DNA from: Guillardia theta CCMP2712
Lineage: Eukaryota; Protista; Cryptophyta
Direction: 5' to 3'
NCBI RefSeq assembly: GCF_000315625.1
Contig: NW_005434583.1
Coordinates: 32,032-96,031, forward strand
Length of the DNA: 64,000 nt
Shown here: positions 59,371 through 64,000 of the stretch, piece after piece
How the letters are laid out: each line of letters starts with the position of its first letter
Position numbering within the stretch: position 1 is the stretch's first letter
Made by a program: the position numbers and the translations under genes
Notes under the pieces: model-generated
Databases searched by the model: none
Seen by the model: the letters and a program-made list of their open reading frames with translations, nothing else
Told to the model about the DNA's origin: nothing

Positions 59371-62300
59371 ATGGTGAGCTGCATGCCCGACGCGTCCCTG
59401 GCACGGAATAGCTGGCGGGGGCTGTTGAGGCACCCTCCTCCTCTGCCCTTCGATGTCCACAAGGCTGCACAGGTGCCGTGGACGATCGATCGAGTTGGAG
59501 ACTTATCAGGGCTGCAGGCAACTTCTGCGAGACTGGAGGAGAGAGAGATATGCCTCGATCGGACCAACATTCAGCGGGTCTCTCTAAAAGCAGGAGAGCT
59601 CCTGGAAACCTTCATCCCTCTGAAGCAAGCTATCATGGAGAGATACAGGCAAGCTTCACAAGAGGGAAGAAGATGCCTTGTCGGGCTGGCAGGCCCTCCC
59701 GCTGCAGGTTTCGCCTGTCTCCTTGCTAGTCTGTTCGAGCTTGCTGATGTAATCCGGGCCCCAAGGAAAAAGCACCTTTGCTCAGCTGCTGAAAATCATT
59801 TGCGAGACTTCCATCCCATGCAGGAATGCAGAGATGTCTGTAAAGGTCTCCTCTCCCTCCCTCCCTACCTACCTACCTACCTACCTACCTACCTACCTAC
59901 CTACCTACCTGCCTGCCTGCCTGCCTACCTGCCTGCCTGCCTGCCTACCTACCTCCCCCCGCTCTCTCCCTCCCTCCCTCCTAGATCATGTGATGTTGGA
60001 GCAGGCAGCGGTTTTGAGCATGGACGGGTATCACATGTACAACGCGCAGATCGCCTCGGAGTTTCAACCTTCAAGTATGGTTTAAGTTTATCGTGCTCTG
60101 TCAGCTCGCGTCTACCATCCACAAGAATTTTGAGCCTCTGACACTTTACCAACTCCAGTGAAAGGCCTTCCCTCCACCTTCGCTGCTCGAGATCTGAAGA
60201 GAGACCTGGCTGCATTGCGGGAGGTGATTCTCTCCCCTCCTCTTCACAGCATCCCTGACATGTCTACAGTTCAATGACGTCCTCTGCCCCGAGTACGATC
60301 GCACTCTCCATGAACCTGTTCAAGATGCAATCTCCATCACCAAGGAGTTCCCGTGAGACAAGGCCTGGCCTCAGCTGCCATGGTGCATGACGGTCTGGTA
60401 CATGCTCAGGATCGTCATTGTAGAGGGCAACTATCTGTTCCTCGATGAGGTCCGTGCTCGCCTCTGCGCTCCCTCTCGTGCCTGAAGCATGAGCGTCTAG
60501 GGCGACTGGAGCGACCTGAAGGGGATGTTTGACCTCAAGCTGTTCATCAGCTGCTCGGCGGACGCCAGCTGCAGCCGCGTGACGAAGAGGAAGGTAGTGG
60601 ATAGACTTGTAAGTGATCCCCTCGTTCACTCTCATCCCTCAGACCCGAAATGGAGCGAGCGCGGCAGAGATAGAGGGCGCCGTTCCCTACGTGCGTCAGA
60701 TGGCGGAGATAGCTGAGAGGACGGCGGGGAACGCAGATGCGAGGATCACATTCACTGTGAGTAGTTGCTGCTCATGAGTCCGCAGTGAAAAGCTGAGGGT
60801 CAAGTCGTAGGACGGGGAGACGTCTGAGAGCCTTTCGTACCTGCTGAAGGATGTGCAAGTCCACCAAGAGGAGCGGGAACCTTATCTGTTGGCTGTCGGC
60901 TTGAACCCCGCGTTCCAGAAGACTCTCGTGTTCGATGATATCAAGTTTGGAGACGTCAACAGGTTTCTACCTCCGTCTGTGCCCTTTCTGTCTGCTCATA
61001 GACTGCAAAAGGGCGCAGAAGGCGTATCGTACGGTCGGAGGGAAAGGGCAGCACGTAGCGATAGCAGCGAACAGGATCGATGTCGGGTCCGTGCGCGTTG
61101 CTCATTTCCTTGGTATCATTGCAGTGTGTTGGGTATAGGACCTTGACTGACTGTTGTCTTTCCTTCTGAAGGGGACGAGCAAGAACAAGGTAGATTCATC
61201 CACCAGCACCTGAAGGATCGGAGCATAGATCAGCTGGTGCAGTGGTGGGGAGAAATCTTTTCCAGCTTGTCAAACCTCAGCTTGTTTCCGCAGGGTCCCG
61301 TCATCGACCAGGACGTGCACAACCTTACTGGACATGAAGACAGGGAAGATGACCGAGCTTATTGAACCTTCGGATCAGGTGAGCAGCTGACGTGAGTTTC
61401 AAGGAGGATCGCAAGGAGGGAGGGAGGTGGAGAAGAGTCCCAACAGAGGGAGGGATGAGCGGACGTAGGAAGAGGGAGAGACGACATACAGGAGGGACGA
61501 AGGAGGAGCGGAGGAGCGGAGGAGGTACCAATCGACCCACAGATATCACCGGAGGATGTGAAGTCCATGATCGACAAGATCGTCCCTGCTGCGCAGGGCT
61601 GCAGAGGCAAGCGGGCCAGTTAGTCTTCGTTGACTTCTCAGCTTACACATTGCAGGCGTCGCCCTGTGCGGCACGTTCCCTCCTGGTGTGACAGAGGAGG
61701 TGTATGCAAGTGAGTGGACGTGGCGAGGGAGGAGGGGAGCTGATGGGTTGTCCTACCAGCGCTCGCCCGAAGTCTGCCGCAGGACTGCAAGCTTGTTCTT
61801 GACGGGTGCGAGGAGGCAGGGCATGCCTGCATAGTCTCTCAGCCGCCCATGGCAGGTGGAAGGGGGTCAACGCAACGCTCCAGACGCGGCGGGTGGACGT
61901 GCTCAAGATCAACTCGGACGAGCTACTGTGGCTGATGGGAGGTGGCCCTGCGGTCTACCTCTTGTTCTCACAGTCCGTTGAAGCCTCCTGGTGGTGCAGG
62001 AAAGGACTTGGATGCCGCTGCAAAGGACTGTCTAGAACGGTTGGGCCCCTGCTCGCTCCTCCCGTTCCTCCATGACAGATTCTGGCAGATATCTCTCCCC
62101 TCGCGCTGTCCTCGCCATAACAAGCGGCAGCTGTACGTCCTCTGTCATCCTTCAACAGTCAAGATGCAAATGCTGACTCGCCTCCACTTTCTCCGCCTTC
62201 CTCTCTGCCCCCCTTCTTCCCTTCCAATCCCTCCCTTCTCTGACTGCCTCCCGCTGTCCCTGCAGCAAGCGCCTTCTTGTACCGCAAGGAAGCAGTAGAG

Positions 62301-62727
62301 GGCCGAGGGGAGCAGCAGAGCGCAGCAGTGGTCGTGACTGAGTTCACAATCCCTCAGCTGGAGGCTGTAAACCCTATTGGGGCAGGAGACACTTGTACCG
62401 CAGGTCCCTCCTTGCCTCATCCTTGAGCTTGCACTCTCTGACTGCCACCTCCCCTCTCTCAGGCTTGCTGCACGGGATCGTACACGACTACCCCGTCGAG
62501 GAAGCCTTCGCCTACGCTCTGGCCTGTGCAAGGTTCGTCCTCCTGCGCTGCTGGTGCTGGTGCTGACTGCTGAGCAGTGCGAGTTGCCTTCACTTGGAGG
62601 GAGCGAACTTTGACCTGCGAGGTATCAGCACCGGGAGGGGAGAGGGAGGAGAACCAAGTGACTCGTTCGTGCAGAGACTCTACAGCTCTATGATAAGATC
62701 ACGTACGAGGTTGTAAGAAAGATCTGA
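59371..62727 (+). CDS. fusion of YggC/FrcK/PanK-like P-loop kinase and PfkB-family (1-phosphofructokinase/tagatose-6-P kinase-like) sugar kinase
   Basis: N-half: LVGLAGPPAAG|KSTF, LSMDGYH, PEYDRTLHEP, IVEGNYL, FDLKLFI. C-half: GLNPAFQKTL, GGKGQHVA, TRTCTTL, TELIEP, LKINSDEL, VNPIGAGDT. The halves are linked in frame by intron 60757-60810. Confidence 0.8.
59863..59955. repeat. (CCTA)n/(CCTG)n tetranucleotide array, intronic
   Basis: Directly visible. Confidence 0.93.
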
Positions 62728-63062
62728 TCGACGGTCAGTAGGCTAATGCCAGTAATCATGAGCACACGAGCTGCACCGTACGGTCCGCGCTGCCGCAGTG
62801 CTTTCCGGGCCCGGACCCGGGGCCGCAGTGCTGCCAGTCACTGAAGGCACTGCCCCCGAGTACTGGCCCTACTAGGCTACTGAGAGGCTTCCAGAGCTGC
62901 TACCAGAGAGGCTACGGGCAGTCACGGATCGGACGGTGGGCTCACGGTAAAGCGACCGTACGGTCCGATCGACCGTACTGTGACGGCGGCTGCTAGCTGT
63001 GCTGCAGTGTGCTGCTAGTAATAAGTCAGAAAGGGCAAGGGTGGGGAATAGAGGACCGTATA

Positions 63063-64000
63063 ATGGCGGATGGGGCGCAGCTCGAAGAAGGGGAGGAGAT
63101 GCTGCAAGGAGAGGGAGACTCGCTCCTTGGAGGGGAGGGAGAGGAGGCCCAACGGCCGCAGATGGCGGCAGGTAACCATGAAGGATACAGGAAGAAGAGG
63201 TTGGAAGTGAAGACCGATTTGGCACAGAGCGCGGGAAGCAGAGGCAACGCCGGGGCCGCACACCGCCACCCTCACGAGATCACGGGAGGATCGGAGGAGC
63301 TGCAACGGATAGAGAGAGGAGATGAAGGCTGGGGATGCGATCCTAGTGACCAGGACCTCACAGGGGAGGGGGGGGCTCTGACCCCGAGCTCGAGGGATAG
63401 GTATGCCAGAATGGTGAAGTTGGCGCTGAACCTGTCTCTGGTCCTCAACGTCCTGCTGATGCTCTCGAAGGTCTTTGCATACTGGAAGTCCAACTCGAAG
63501 TCCGTGCTTGCTACTCTGGCAGACTCCTTCGTCGACCTGCTGTCTCAGCTAGTGATCGCCATCGCCGAATGGAGCATGGCCAGGTACGATCCCCGCTACC
63601 CGGTGGGCAAGACGAGGCTCGAGACCATCGGTGTCATAATCTCCGCCGCCATCATGTCGGCAGCGTCCATCGAAGTGATGCAGTCATCTGTGATGGAGCT
63701 GTTGAGCTCCGAGCACGAGATCTCTCTGGACATCTACACGTACGTCATCCTTGGCTCGACCATTGTTCTCAAGATCTTCCTCTTCTTCTACTGCTACCAG
63801 CTGCGTGAGGTCTCTGGTTCCGCGCTTGCAGTCGCGGAAGATCACTTCAACGACATCATTTCCAACTCGGGGGCAATCATGACGGCTGCTCTTGCCAGCG
63901 AGCGCGCAGACCTGTGGTGGATGGACCCTGTGGGAGGAGGGTTGATCGCTGTGTACATAGTGTTCCGGTGGATTATCCTGGCGAAGAACCACATCGACAA
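63063..64000 (+). CDS. cation diffusion facilitator, Mn-CDF/MTP8-11 type; 3' end runs off the window
   Basis: Open frame from ATG 63063 (missing from the ORF track because it has no stop in the window). It contains SLVLNVLLMLSKVFA, TM2 DSFVD, YPVGKTRLE, TM5 DHFND and WWMDPVGG. DxxxD in both TM2 and TM5 is the Mn-CDF signature. Confidence 0.92.
   Translation, partial: MADGAQLEEGEEMLQGEGDSLLGGEGEEAQRPQMAAGNHEGYRKKRLEVKTDLAQSAGSRGNAGAAHRHPHEITGGSEELQRIERGDEGWGCDPSDQDLTGEGGALTPSSRDRYARMVKLALNLSLVLNVLLMLSKVFAYWKSNSKSVLATLADSFVDLLSQLVIAIAEWSMARYDPRYPVGKTRLETIGVIISAAIMSAASIEVMQSSVMELLSSEHEISLDIYTYVILGSTIVLKIFLFFYCYQLREVSGSALAVAEDHFNDIISNSGAIMTAALASERADLWWMDPVGGGLIAVYIVFRWIILAKNHID

Overview
This is 64 kb of a gene-dense eukaryotic nuclear genome with many short (~50 nt) GT-AG introns and microsatellite-filled longer introns. 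It is most consistent with a cryptophyte alga (Guillardia/Hanusia-like). That assignment is inferred from intron style, a bipartite plastid leader and a ubiquitin-NiSOD fusion. About 16 protein-coding genes can be supported: a TMC/OSCA-type membrane protein, two PDZ proteins, a secreted-type ankyrin protein, a ubiquitin-nickel superoxide dismutase fusion, an intronless NRT2 nitrate transporter, a signal-peptide + LRLRGG + beta-helix protein, a zinc-finger + GT-A-like protein, a ~4,470-aa WW/PH/DUF3638-DUF3645 (SF2/SecA-like ATPase)/EF-hand/Vps62-like giant, a plastid-targeted rubredoxin-domain protein, an EF-hand protein, a Slo/BK-type K+ channel with a C2-like tail, a PUS7/TruD pseudouridine synthase, an LRR-DCAF11-like WD40 fusion, a P-loop kinase-PfkB kinase fusion and a Mn-type CDF transporter. 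The main points of interest are these. The ubiquitin C-terminus LRLRGG is used twice within 4 kb as an apparent cleavable leader, once as full ubiquitin in front of the NiSOD Ni-hook and once as an isolated hexapeptide after a signal peptide. The giant ATPase protein carries a possibly degenerate thiol-enzyme domain. There are several unusual domain fusions. Recurrent GC-motif and GGGGTA-rich islands sit at gene 5' ends. Exon boundaries were read by eye and no database searches were run. No tRNA, rRNA, CRISPR array or autonomous transposon is supported.
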